Notes: generated from the sequence alone by a model not told the origin. Shown: positions 22,035-34,253, counted from the whole stretch's first letter. The stretch: 53,223 nucleotides of DNA, filler included, from Diploschistes diacapsis (GCA_023645945.1; 3 parts of 3 records of this genome joined end to end with filler, not necessarily neighbours in it), one strand, 5' to 3'. Translations and numbers: made by a program.

Positions 22035-22689
22035 TCATTAGCGTCAGATTTTCGAGTTCTATACCAATATTATTTATGTATGCCTGACCGCCTTGGCTGC
22101 TTGTAACTTGCTCAAAAATTTCACTTGGGCATGCTTGTTAAATTTTTAACCAGTGGTCGCAAAAAGAGCACCTCGACACTGCCGATCGCGCCCACAGAGC
22201 AACTTTCTGAGCAGCATCGTTCTTTTTTCTTTTGCTCTATTTGCACGTTGAAAATATTTCAATCATGCTAATAGTAGCATGGCATAGAAACGTGGCCAGC
22301 CCACGAGCGGGCAATTTCGCTTCGCCAAGCCCCAGCCCGTGTCCGCGTTGCTACTCCATCAAACTCAACTTCTTCAACTTCCAGCTTAATCTTCGCTTCC
22401 TTCCGCTCTTCGCTCGTACTAATGAGGATTCTTTAAATCTGTCAGCCGCTTCCGCCGGGCCTAGGCTAAAGCCTCGCATTATTCAGAAGACCTTGGAGCG
22501 AGAACAGAATCTGTTCATTGTACTTACTCCCTGTCGCTGTCGTTGTAAGCGGCTCGGCTCGGCCTTTTCACTAGTCTTTGTCCTGTCTCGCCAACCGAGA
22601 GCTTGTCCTGGCCCAAGCCCAAATAGCCCCTATATGGTAGCGTTCCATAGCACTTCCTTTAAGGTATATAGGTCGAGAATTGAGACAGA

Positions 22690-22696
22690 TATAAAA
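22690..22696 (+). promoter_or_regulatory. Putative TATA box
   Basis: TATAAAA about 140 nt upstream of ATG 22834, followed by a pyrimidine-rich leader. Confidence 0.4.
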
Positions 22697-22833
22697 GCGG
22701 TAGGTCTTGCCCGCGTTTTAGGGCAGTATCCAATTCTTTTATCTCCCGATATCTGCCCTTGCAACACCACGCTCGTTTTTGTTCTGAAGAAATTCCTTCG
22801 CCACATTCCTTTCACACCAAAAACACCGTCACA

Positions 22834-23458
22834 ATGCAGTTCAAGCTCATCGCCCTCGCCTCCGTCTTGAGCCTTGTCTCAGCCGAGTGAGTCCTCTCCC
22901 TCTTGTCTCAGCGCATACTCATCATTTCCCCACAAACTAACCTCTCCCAACAGTCTTTCCCAATACATCGTCGACTTAGAATCCTACGCCCACTCCATTG
23001 CGGCGGACCCTAGCGCTATCGCCCTTTTCAGCCAAATGGCCACCCTCCCCAACGTGCAGCAATCTCTGCTGGCAGCCGTGGAAGAAGCCGCCGCCACCGC
23101 GACCGCGATCGACTACTTCAACACGCCACCGCCAGAGTTCTCCGCCTTCCCCAGCCCCTATAACAGCTTCCTCCTCAGCGTGTGGAGCGCCGAGTGCGCC
23201 ATCGCGGTCAAGGACGGCGTCATCACGGGGGGCAGCGGAAGCGCGCCGAGTGCGCCTGCGAGTGCGGGCACGGGCATGATCACCAGCGCTGCGAGCATGG
23301 CGTCGGCGGCGGCTTCGGGCTCCACCCCTTCGGGATCGTCATCGAGTGCTTCGGGCGCCTCGAGCGCTTCATCGAAGGGAGGTGCGGCGGCGCCGACCGG
23401 GGTGGTGGTGATGGGTGCGCTGGCCGGAATTGTGGGCATGGGTGCCGTTTTGCTGTAG
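22834..23458 (+). CDS. Small secreted, probably GPI-anchored S/A/G-rich cell-wall protein (intron 22887-22953)
   Basis: Signal peptide MQFKLIALASVLSLVSA; GTGAGT...CTAAC...CAG intron splices in frame to ORF 22874-23458; Ser/Ala-rich stalk and hydrophobic C-terminus (GGAAAPTGVVVMGALAGIVGMGAVLL). Confidence 0.88.
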
Positions 23459-24094
23459 ATGCGGTAAAGGGAACCTTGATGGTGGCGGCTCATGACATAC
23501 CTGTGTATGATGATGATGTTTTTCGAAGCACACTTGCGTGCTCATGATTGCATTAGAGCCTTTTATCTGTAAGATTACTTACTATACTCGTCAAGAATGT
23601 TAGTTTCAAAACAGACCTAATAGGACCTACCGATCCCCTCAAGCCTATCCTCTTGAACCCACTTCTTAGAACGAGACAGAGATTATTACTTGGTTAAGAT
23701 TAGAATTTCCAAGTCATGTATGGCACGCAAGGCCTCCCGAGCTTGTCCTCGGTCATGTAGTTGCAAGGGAGGAAAAGGGGCTTCCGAAGATTTCTGGTGA
23801 TTCAGCAGCGCGGTAAAGGGGCCGGGCGGTACATATGCCTCGGGGTTATTGTACAGTCACGAGCGCGCGAGAAATAGCAGGGCAGGCTCACAAGTCCGTC
23901 CCTGCAAAAGGAGACGCTAGTACAACAGAGACACGAATTTATTATAAGATATATTTTGTTGTTGGGCCCAAAAAAAGCCACGAACAACAACTCTCTCGCA
24001 ACAAAGCCGGGATCCCCCACGTCGGAACAAAGAATGTCGAGGTATCTTCTATTCGATCCAGCTCACAAGATAAAAAAAAACCAGAAGAAAAAAG

Positions 24095-24121
24095 AACAAC
24101 AACAACAACAACAACAACAAC
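24095..24121. repeat. (CAA)n microsatellite
   Basis: About 8-9 consecutive AAC/CAA units just beyond the stop codon of the 24131-24925 gene. Confidence 0.9.
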
Positions 24122-24130
24122 TGCTGGCCC

Positions 24131-24925
24131 TCACAAGTAGCCGTTCACGCGCCGCCATTGCCCTTCGTCGCCACCGTTGCCCGGAATCCGAAAGAACTTG
24201 CCGTCGGGGTATTCCCAGTGGTGCTTGACCATGGCCTCGTTGTCGCCGTAGTAGATGTACCTGCCCTGGAAAGGATCCTCGTTCCAGCTGCGGTTTTCCC
24301 AGTGCGGGATCAGGCCGACCCAGCAGGCCGAGTTTCGGTACTGGCGGCCGCAGCGCGCGGCCTCGGCGCCGTACTCGTGCATGGCGTCGAAGCAGGTCTC
24401 GCACCCGGCGCGGCAGTCCTCGGCGTCGCTCCACATGTTCCGCCACATGTACCACTTGTACTCGCTGCCGTGGGCGCGGGTCACGTTGGCGTCGTGCAGC
24501 CAGCAGCCCATGTCGTTGTACTCGTCCTCCTGGAAGGTGCTGAGGTGCTTGTGCAGAGGCTTGTGCAGCTTGTCGACGCACGCCTTGCCGAAGTAGGTTT
24601 CGGGATCCGCCTGCGGCGGGAACCGGCCCGGGTTGATGTGCGTGCAGTATGCGTGGTCGATGCCGTAGCCGCCCCAGTACTGGTGGTTCCTTCGGCCTGG
24701 CCGCGCGTCGTGTTCCTTGGCCCAGGGGTACTCGAGCGGAAACACCTTGCCGGTCGAAGCGTCCCTGTACTGGATGACGCGAGTAAGGCCGTTGTTGTCC
24801 AGGTGTATGTCTCCGCCCTTGTTCTGGGGTACGGTCCAGTTCTCTTTGGGCCGATCATCGGCAACCGCCAGGACAAGGAGACATGCGAGGATGAGGCAGA
24901 AGAGAAGCTTGAAGCGCGGGGACAT
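24131..24925 (-). CDS. Secreted Cys/Trp/Tyr-rich hypothetical protein (264 aa from ATG 24925; upstream in-frame ATG at 24946)
   Basis: Clear signal peptide MSPRFKLLFCLILACLLVLAVA; 8 Cys in the mature region; strong GC bias at third codon positions; intronless. Confidence 0.8.
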   Translation of the reverse strand: MSPRFKLLFCLILACLLVLAVADDRPKENWTVPQNKGGDIHLDNNGLTRVIQYRDASTGKVFPLEYPWAKEHDARPGRRNHQYWGGYGIDHAYCTHINPGRFPPQADPETYFGKACVDKLHKPLHKHLSTFQEDEYNDMGCWLHDANVTRAHGSEYKWYMWRNMWSDAEDCRAGCETCFDAMHEYGAEAARCGRQYRNSACWVGLIPHWENRSWNEDPFQGRYIYYGDNEAMVKHHWEYPDGKFFRIPGNGGDEGQWRRVNGYL

Positions 24926-26289
24926 GGAAAAAGACCGAGACATCCTGGCCTCCTTTGCGCGTCTGACAAGCCCTGTCAGAGTGTCAGCCAGAGCTGCCAA
25001 CGATCGATCGACATGGAGAGTATACCTGTGTATCGGATAGGTTGTTTGAGGAGTTGTCTAGCAGTTCAGTAGGTGCTGGGTGTATTGATCCCTCAAGTTT
25101 TTGGTGAGAAAAAGAAGTGGAGAAGAGGAAGTGGAGAAGAAGGAGACAGTGAAGCAGAAGATATACATATAATATCACAGACAGACCAGATGAAAAACAC
25201 CTGGCCACCATGCAAGTATAACTTGTCAAGGCGCTTGGCCCAAGCACAAAATCTCTGCACAGGAATCACCCTAGAGGCCAGTCCGAAGTCAAACTCATGG
25301 CCATTTTCTGTTCGAGTGTTATATTCATAATGCATATGGCCCAGTGTGCGCCTTGCAAGGTCCGCGGACGAAGGTAACATACATATCTATTCCCAAGAAA
25401 ATGATGCTTAGCGATGCTTGATGCGGCGCGTGGAGCAAGGTTCAGCATCCCTGTAACTACCAGATTCGTCACAATTCTTGCAGCGGGCGCACAGTGTCCA
25501 AGGTAGAATAGGGAAGTAGAAGTAGTACCTTCAAAGGTAAGTACCTAGTAGGGTCGAGTGGAGCAAACTCCTGCCAAAGAAATGTAGCATGTTTGCCCAT
25601 CCTGCTAGAACACCAAATTGAATGTTGAAAGTGTGTTTGCGTACCTGTGGATTTTATGCCTTGATTGCATGCGACTAGCAAAGCACTTTACTTGCAGCCC
25701 AAACTCTGGAATGTCATTAGATGTACGGCAATCCATGGGACCGAATCTGAGGACTTGACGCCGGGTGGATCAGAGCTCATGGCCCGAGCGATCGGAAGAG
25801 ACACGTGACTTGGTAAGGTTTTCTAAACCCCGTCGCAGAAAATTTTGCAGCTGGTCACGCTTCTTACAATAACGCGGAGTGCTTCAAGCATTCATCATTT
25901 CCCATAAAGATACTTGAGGAGCGCTCTACAGGTTTATCCTAGATCAGTTAACTTAAGCTCGTCGTGCACTAACTAGAACGAGAAAGAGTTTGATGACCGA
26001 GGCCGAAGCTGAAGAGTACCTAAGATGCAGCAAAAGAGCCTTCTCAAACCGAGGGACTGAAGAATGCAAATAAATTCATACTTTCGTGGCGATGACATTA
26101 ATACCAAGTGTTGAAAGAAACGAATGGAAAAGCCATCCCAACGCACACCATGAGGTATCTGGAATCCATTAGATCATATCCATCTGCCTGCTCTTGCCCT
26201 GTTCGCCGGTATTAGATGCAAGAAGATTGCCAATGATTCCGCCGTGTAAAGGGCTCCAGTAAGCGAATCGATTCATCAGCCAGGTCGAC

Positions 26290-28158
26290 TTAGTCTTCTA
26301 GCTCTTCAAACCTTCCCTCCTGATATGCCTTTGTAACCGGGTTCTCCACGTCAACGACGCCTGTTGCTCGTAATCTGCACTCGATCAGCGGAAGCACGGG
26401 TAGGAGAACCTGACGCCTGCGCACCTCTCAAACAACACAAAAAGCCTCTCTGCCTCCCTCTCCTTCTCCGCATTCGACATTGGCGGCCCCGTATCCTCCA
26501 TGTTTTCCATATCTAACCTCTGCCCGGTAATCGGGTTAATCCTATAACCCACTTTCGGCTTCGGGGTGGACTCTCCCCCAATGTTGGCGCCACCCTGATC
26601 GCTAATGCTCGTCCTCCCAGAGCGACTGCTCGCCGCGATCGATGCCGTGTCCGTATCGTACTCCCCTGTGCTCCATGCTTCCATTGCGCTCGCTGGGACA
26701 GAGATCTTGTGTGACATTAGAAATCCGGCCGCAAAGCCGTAGCCAACGTTACGAACAAAGTTGGTCGCATCCTGGTCCGAAAGTTCGAAGAGCATGTGCT
26801 GAATCGACTCTCTGATGCTTGGCGCACCCGCAGCTGTGGAGAGGCGGAGGAGGTAGGATGAAAACGACTCCGATCGGCCCAGAGGCTTCAGGCGGTCTTC
26901 GTTCGAGGGTAGCATGAGGCTACGCATGTGTTCCCGGACCTTGGGTGGGGCGAACGAATAAATGTTTCTGATCAGGGTAATTAGGGGACATGCAAGCTGC
27001 TCGAGTTCCTCTTCATTGTAGCGCCGGATAGATTGGTCGAGGACGGAATACAGTCGATTCACGTTGCATCTCGGGTCGAACTTGGGAAAGAGAGGGTTCG
27101 TGGCGAATATGTGGGATCTCTTGAGCTCGAGATCGAGGTTGAGGAGCGAGTTGATGATATAGGTAATCGGCGGCTGTAGCGGTGGAGACGGAAGACGGAC
27201 GTTCGTTAGTATCTTGCAAATGTGGAGGAGGGACTTGGTTAGCGCCGGTATTTGGTCTGGGTAGAATTGAGTCAGGTTGAAGAACAGCTTTAGTGACTCG
27301 GACAGGGCGAGGACGTTAATGGAGCCTGGCTGGTTCTTGCCGAGTTTTGCGAAGTATTTTGCCTGTCGCGCCAGGTTCTGATACTGCTTAGCAGAAAACA
27401 ACGGGCGAACAAGACGAACTCACAGTGTCTATGCTGTCCGCAAGGTTGTTGTTATTGAAGAGGTCGGTAAAGTCGAGCTGCGTATCGTAGGTGCAAAGAA
27501 ACAGCAGCCTCGAGCCAAGGAACTCGTCGTCACGGTTATCATGCTAATGCCTGTGAGAACCCAGAGCTCAGTTTCTTCCACTTCATGTACCTTGAGGAGC
27601 TCCGCTGCCTTTGGGGCATAGCCCAAATCGACAAATATTTGCCTTGTCGAAGCCTTCAAAAGCATCACGTTGGCCAGACACTTGAGCGCCTCCCGACCTG
27701 TCGTGAGGGAATTGCCATCGAAGCTATGCTTGCAGAGCACGAGCATGCCCTGATGTAGTCAGCTCGGGCATTGTGAGGGTCCAATCCAATGGCAAAAGTG
27801 TGTACCTCTTCCGTGAACAAAGGGTCGGCATCTTCGGCATCTCTGGTGAATAGCTTCAATCTCTCAAGCGTCGCGTTCCTTTCTGCAGAATACTCTTAGG
27901 TGTTGTTCTGTATACTTCGGGTCTCATTAATACAAACGCGGCGGTAGGAGATTCTTCTCATGAAAGTCGGCCTTCAGCAACCTCACTAGGAGAGTGACTT
28001 CATCAAGCTTTTCTAGTTGCAGGCTTAGCAGCTATCCTGCATGGGAGAAGCTCCGTGTAGAGCATCGCATGTCTCTACAGCAGCGGACACATACCGGAGC
28101 TTCGACGATGGTCAAGCGCAGGCCGTACGGGGGAGGTGGGGCCGCAGCTGGAGGTCAT
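26290..28158 (-). CDS. RIC8: RIC8/synembryn G-alpha guanine nucleotide exchange factor (multi-exon)
   Basis: EALKCLAN, E.LKLFFN, LFELSD..A..FVRNVGYGFAAGFL, INPITGQ, and EKEREAERLFVLFER|LRATGVVDVENP across intron 26375-26424. Start inferred at ATG 28158 through short 5' exons. Confidence 0.92.
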
Positions 28159-28843
28159 GCTAGAGAGATATAATTATGTAGCTAGTCTATCCTGTGGATC
28201 AATGTGCGCAGACATATCATGTGATGTTTTTCGTACTGTACTTGGATTGTACACAGAGAAGGTGGTTAGGTGCGAGGCTGCGAATGGTCAGCCAGCCGTC
28301 TTAAAACCCTACGGAGTATATATAGTCTAACTTGATCCTGCACCGCCCATTTCCTCACCGACCCTTTTTTAAATCATACAGCCCCCTCCCTCCTCCTCCC
28401 TTTGGGATGGATGCCGCCCATGCGAGCAGTGTGGTTTTGGCTGTGGAGATAAGCCATTAAACCCGAAGGCTTGGCAGTTAGAGACTTTTATTTTATTTTT
28501 ACGCGTCAACTTCATGTTACAATAAAAGATAAAAAACCCACGATCAATACATATATTACATACATTACTCCCAATGCGATTGGCTGAGAATATCTAAGTA
28601 TAAGCAATCTTTGACTTCCACCTACCCAACTGTACATCACATCATCCTCTACAACTTCTTCCATTTCAGATTTGATATATCTTTGCCTCAGACCTTTCCT
28701 TGACCTGGCTTGCAACAAATGAGTCAACTAATCTTGGCATGAGAGTCAATCTCGAAACTTTGCAAACGTCGTCCAGTCTTCCTGTGGCAGCTGTCCAATA
28801 CTCGATACTCCCGCCAGCCTATAGTTGGGGAGAAGTCCAAAAG

Positions 28844-30888
28844 ATGGCGGTGTGGAAAATTAGCGATGCAATAAACGGTCCTTGTCCATTATGCTTAAAT
28901 CTGTTCCAAGCGGGAGAGCTAGTCTACGCCGGTATGTAAATCAGAAGATCTTGAATGAGCTGACATTTTGCAGTTGTTGGCTACCCTACTGGCGAGTTCC
29001 TAGGATTCACGGATATTTTTGCTTTTGCTCGCCGCTCAGATGTCACTATTTCCTTCACAGACGCCCAAAAGGCGTTGGTACGTGTGCGAGTCTGCCCATT
29101 CCCTCTTTGTACCTGTAGAGCACATCCACTTATCGCTGTTGTGCTCCATAACCATTGCTATAACTTTCTCTGCGCATACTCAAACTCCATAGCAAGCTCG
29201 ATCTCTTGGATAGACGTTTGGAAACTGGGCATATCTCAATTGTGGATCTCAGTACCGGATCGGCCAATGCAAAACCGATCACGTCGGATCTCATTGATAG
29301 TATCAAGCATCCATACCGATTCACTACTTCAACGATTGGAGACTTCGAGCCACAGTAGCGACTCTCGCGATGAATTCTTGAGCTTGTATAAACACTTGAT
29401 CAGCTTACCGGTGGAACTGCTCCGTATGATTTTGGATTTCTCTTGGTCTTCCTACTTTTTCTCGCCTGCAGTGGTTCTCTATCAGAGCAGATATTTGAAG
29501 TACGTTGGCTTCGAATATCCCGCTTCTGTTGAAGTGTGCTCTTCGGTACCAATTTTCTTGGGAATGATAGATTACAGCCATGCCAATTATGTTTCGTACG
29601 TCAGCAACAAACGACACTCGGCTCTCGACATCGAGGTTCGCCTGCCAAACGAAATATACGAGATCAAATTGGTGTTGGACAAAACTGGCATTCGACACCT
29701 CTTTTTTCTCGGTCGCGAGAACAAGCGGACTCAATGGATGAATTCCAACAAAACCTGGACCTTCAGAACTCTACGCAAAACACCCTTGAAGCCAATCGAT
29801 CGCATTTACCTTAACAGAGATGTATGTCCGAAAGCTTCCCATGTTCTGTACGCTCCTGACGTAGCCACAGTTTTTATTTTTACGACATGTCACGCTCGAC
29901 TCCCTTACACCCAAACCAGCATTCGATAGATCCTACGATTGGGATATCCCTGATGTACCTGCTATTGATCCACAGAACTGCTTCTCTCTGCCGGATCCAC
30001 CTTCAATACCTTCCAAGTATAGTTTTGTTGGATTGGAGAATGAAGTGAAAGGTCTTATCGGTTATTATGACAATTCTGGCCCTCTCTGCTTATTCGCTTG
30101 GCATGGAGAGAACGATAAGGATTGGATTCTCAAAACCCGATCTGCTGAGTATCGGGGGGCAATTTCACTCTTCTTTCCCCTTGCTACAACGGAGCTCATT
30201 GCAAATATTACAGTCACGCATCAATTAAAAATGAGGCCTCTGTCTCTAATGGTATGGAAACTGACACTTTCCAAGTTTTGGCTAATGTTTCCAGGTTCAG
30301 TCCACGTTCGGCAGGTCAATCACAATAGGGCCGCGTTTGATTGGAACTGGACCTTTTGAAAGGGTAAAGCTCAATCAAGATGATCAAAGCGTTGTTACTG
30401 GTGTCTTTTTCAACGTGCCGCAGCAGAGTCACTGGCGGATGTTCCACATTGGTGTTACATGCAGATCACACTACTATGCTGCACGTCCAATTGCCCCAGC
30501 CGTTCCGTATAAGCCCCCGCCAACAGCAAGACTGGGAGACCACATGTGGTACTTATCACTTGCGCCCTTGGCTAACATTGCGCAAGCTCGACTGTGCAGA
30601 GATGCGGACCGCACCTATTGTCCTTGTATAGGTATGCTACTCGACTACCACGATGGTTCTCAAGAAGTTCTTGGCCAGTGGCGCTGGGATTTCCCCATCG
30701 AGACCATCTCAACTGATGAAAAGTCGCAATTCGTATGCTACACCATGCATGAAAGTTATGTCACAGCACTTGGATTTGAAACCGAAGCCAAGAATATCAG
30801 CGACGAGGCCTGGAACTATGCGAACATACGTGGCACACTAATATGGTGGTTTAATCAGTACTCACATGCTTGTTTAGAATTTCACTGA
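28844..30888 (+). CDS. Multi-exon hypothetical protein: N-terminal Cys/His cluster, F-box-like segment, C-terminal beta-rich repeats
   Basis: ATG 28844 with GTATGT/GTATGG introns near 28932, 29822 and 30252 linking ORFs 29075-29929, 30033-30359 and 30337-30888. CPLC...CPFPLC...HNHC; LISLPVELLRMILDF; C-terminal CIGMLLDYHDGSQEVLGQWR. Confidence 0.7.
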
Positions 30889-31222
30889 ATATTTGCTCAA
30901 TAGACTGATAATGCAATATCTATTCTTGCGTTTTGGAAAGAGCTGACACAAGTTCCTGCCCTTTTGTTAAACTCCTGGGTTTCCTCTTATGCCCCTGATA
31001 GAGACCCAATCCTTCATAAAGCTCTGATCGGCGACACTGTCTAACCCATTTGTAGCAAGACCTTCGTAACGTAGCTTTCTACTCGCACTGAGTCAGTGGC
31101 GGTTTGCTTGACGATCCAACCGATCCTGACAATCCCACCATCATTGAATGACCTGGCTAAAGCTTTCGTGCTCAGGCTGGGAACTGCTGTTGACTCTGCT
31201 AACTTGACAATTGTTTCGGTGC

Positions 31223-31753
31223 TCAAGTTGGTGGCTTTACTGACTTGCATTTGTTCAGGTGGTCCAAGAGGGTAGTTGCTTCGGGCGAATGCGCCTCAAT
31301 ATAGGCGGACGCGTCCGAGAGACCACGCCCGCCATGCAGTGGTGTCAAATAGTCCCCATTCGTTTCGTATTCCCACATCCTGGCCTTGGTCCCGATTGTT
31401 GTCATTGCTTTGACGCTTCGCAGGTTGTGAGCTACCACGTAAGCTACACATGCGGTAAAGGCTTGGTGCTCCACCTGGTCAAAGTCGCTGGGACCAGCAT
31501 TCTTCTTCTTCGACTCGATAAAGAGGAGAACGCAGGGATTGGGAAGATCAAGGTTTTTAACGATAATGTCCACTCGCCGTCTTGAGTCTAGGTAAGATGG
31601 TGGCGCCTCTGCTGTGACCAGAAATCTTTTCTCGAGAAAGATATATTTACTGAGTAAATGTAGCCAGAAGGTCCGGGAAACGCACTCGTCATCCGGGCTT
31701 TGTTGTGCTTCTTCCCACAAACGGAGGAGGAAATTGTCAACAACTAAAGACAT
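31223..31753 (-). CDS. Small PD-(D/E)xK restriction-endonuclease-fold protein (176 aa)
   Basis: E(APP)...RRVDIIV...LLFIESKK...HQA...AMTTIGTKARMWEY shows the D...ExK pattern on predicted beta strands. Confidence 0.65.
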   Translation of the reverse strand: MSLVVDNFLLRLWEEAQQSPDDECVSRTFWLHLLSKYIFLEKRFLVTAEAPPSYLDSRRRVDIIVKNLDLPNPCVLLFIESKKKNAGPSDFDQVEHQAFTACVAYVVAHNLRSVKAMTTIGTKARMWEYETNGDYLTPLHGGRGLSDASAYIEAHSPEATTLLDHLNKCKSVKPPT

Positions 31754-32038
31754 GTTGTATAGGTTTCGATCAACAAAGGCTTTCTATACCGGTTTGAAGC
31801 TAGAGGTTTATTTTTGGTAACGATTATTCATGGACAAGCGACGGTTGCTCTAATAAGCATTAAGCAAGTTTAGAGATGGTGTGAAGAAGTGATCGATTTT
31901 GATTTGTGGGCTTGAGTTTTTATCTAGGCACTGACGTCATAGACAGCGAAGTCGGCAGATACTGCCATGTTAGTCACATGACATCGATACCATAGCAACA
32001 CCCAATTATTTGTATTCTGATTTTGATATTTCTTAACA

Positions 32039-33454
32039 CTATCGAGGCTGCTTCTGCTCTTCCTTGTAGTGTCCAGCTACTAGAAAGGCAAGCTCCAGCG
32101 CCTGCTTCTCGTTGAGCCGGGGATCGCAGTAGCTTGTATAGTTCAGGCTCAGATCGTCATCTGTTAATCCTTCGCTGCCGCCTACACACTCCGTAACAGC
32201 CTCCCCAGTCAGTTCAAGATGGACCCCACCCAGGAACGAGTCGTGCTGCTTGTGAATCTTCAGCGCGCTCGACACTTCGCTGAGAATCGACGAAAACTGC
32301 CGAGTCTTGACGCCGGTTGGCGTACTGCGGGTGTTGCCGTGCATTGGATCGCATTGCCATACCACAACATGTCCGCTCTGCTTGACGGCTTCGATATGGT
32401 CTCCGAGGAGCCCTTCAATCTTGCTTTCGCCGTAGCGAGTAATCAACGTGACCTTGCCAACCTCTTTCTTCGGGTTAACGATGTCCAGGAGCCTCACCAG
32501 CTCTTCGGACTTTATCGTCGGGCCCACCTTGATTCCGATCGGGTTCTCGATACCACGGAAGTACTCCACATGCGCTCCATCGGGCTGACGTGTTCGGTCA
32601 CCTATCCAGATGAAGTGAGCGGAAGTGTTGTACCATCCCTCCTTTTCCGTCTCACCGTCTCCAACAAGCTGGGCTCTTGCTGGGGGATGCCGGAGCCGCC
32701 TTGTCAAACTCTGTTCGTACTCCAACAACAATCCTTCATGACTGGTGTATAGATCGATCGTTTCCAAGACGCTGCTGTCTGCACCGACCGTTCTCATGAA
32801 GTCCAAGCTGTCAACTATGCTGCGGATGATAAATTGGTATTTCTGCTTTATACTCTTGTCCCGGACATGACCCAAGCCCCAGTCCAGAGGCGAATGTAAG
32901 TCCGCAATGCCAGAGGCAATCGACCCTCGAATGTAGTTCAAGGTCGCGGAAGAGTACTGATATGCAGACACTAATCGGGAAGGATCGATCTTGCGATCTG
33001 CCGGATCGTAGCCATTCAAGATATCGCCGCGAAACGAGGGTATCTGAATTCCATTGTGCATTTCCATCGGGCTTGAGCGCGGCTTGGCGTATTGGCCAGC
33101 CATTCTCGCAACCCGCACCACAGGCTTGTTGGCTCCCCAGATGAGCACCATGGACATCTGCAGGAGGAGCTTGATCTTTGATTCAATGGCATTTTGTTCG
33201 CAATACTCGAAAAGCTCGGCGCAATCGCCGCCTTGTAGTAGAAAAGCCTTTCCCAATGCCACATCTCGTAAGCTTCTTCTTAGCTTGATAATCTCAGTGG
33301 GTGTGACGATCGGCGGTAGTCGACTGAGTTGGCTCGTGGCTTTCTTGACAGCGTTCTGGTCATCGTAGATGATCTCTTGCTTGGCAGGCTTTGACCTCCA
33401 GGATGCAGGTGTCCATTCCTTGGAATGTCCATTTACCAGCCTGCCTTCCGTCAT
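32039..33454 (-). CDS. Class II DAHP synthase (phospho-2-dehydro-3-deoxyheptonate aldolase), intronless
   Basis: LLQGGDCAE, RMAGQYAKPRS, SHEGLLLEYE, AHFIWIGDRTRQ, NPIGIKVGP, CDPMHGNT, GGVHLELTG, CDPRLN. Confidence 0.96.
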   Translation of the reverse strand: MTEGRLVNGHSKEWTPASWRSKPAKQEIIYDDQNAVKKATSQLSRLPPIVTPTEIIKLRRSLRDVALGKAFLLQGGDCAELFEYCEQNAIESKIKLLLQMSMVLIWGANKPVVRVARMAGQYAKPRSSPMEMHNGIQIPSFRGDILNGYDPADRKIDPSRLVSAYQYSSATLNYIRGSIASGIADLHSPLDWGLGHVRDKSIKQKYQFIIRSIVDSLDFMRTVGADSSVLETIDLYTSHEGLLLEYEQSLTRRLRHPPARAQLVGDGETEKEGWYNTSAHFIWIGDRTRQPDGAHVEYFRGIENPIGIKVGPTIKSEELVRLLDIVNPKKEVGKVTLITRYGESKIEGLLGDHIEAVKQSGHVVVWQCDPMHGNTRSTPTGVKTRQFSSILSEVSSALKIHKQHDSFLGGVHLELTGEAVTECVGGSEGLTDDDLSLNYTSYCDPRLNEKQALELAFLVAGHYKEEQKQPR

Positions 33455-34253
33455 GGCTTCTCTTATACGACGGAAATGGAAATTTGAAGAATGCAGTGAC
33501 TAAGTCCAAGGCTGGTACAATCTGCTGTCTTAATATTCCAAAAACACAAGCAAGGGCGATACACAGGAAAGGGCAAAATTCTTTCTGTACAGGTCCGTGA
33601 CTCCAACCGGCTTATAGAATTCAATATGAATTTTTAGAACGGGTCAACGGGGATCAAAATACTCTCTGAAGAAATTGTTTAGGCTAGTTGTATATACCAG
33701 AAACCGATTATCCCTCCGGCACCATTATGAAGATGAAATAGCCCTCAGTGATCATTGCACTTGTCGTTCATTGTGCTGATATCTAGGTCTAACGGAAATA
33801 TTGTTTCTCCGCCTCCGCTACTGGGCCAAGGAAAAGGTCCGTGCGCGAACGTCCTTTTGAGCCACGAATAAGTTTCTCAAACCTTAATTGTGTACCTGAC
33901 ATTAGCTAAATGTCCAAGATCATGTACTAAATATGGGGCTATCTGACTGCCCATTAGACATTTAGAACATGGTTCGGGCGTGGTAGTAAGAACGTCTCTT
34001 TGATCTGCAGACCTGCGGCTATTGGCTACTGGGAACAGGATAGCGATTATAATTGACTGTCCAGGTGAAGATTCCAATGCTCAGTTAGCACAAAGTCATT
34101 CGGAATGCCTGCAAGTTTCGCGACAACATGAGGCCATCGGATTTCTCATCTCCGACCAAAAGGTAGGATATAGCGCTCCAGCCGGCATGGTAAGTCATCA
34201 GTACTCTTTAGTCCGCGGCTCATTCTAGTCTTGTCATAACAACAAAAACTACA

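Noticed and set aside
22232..22870. 212-aa TTG-start plus-strand ORF
   Set aside because: Lies in the promoter/5' region of the GPI-like gene; no motifs or coding-like bias.
24158..25072. 304-aa plus-strand ORF
   Set aside because: Antisense shadow of the GC3-rich secreted-protein gene.
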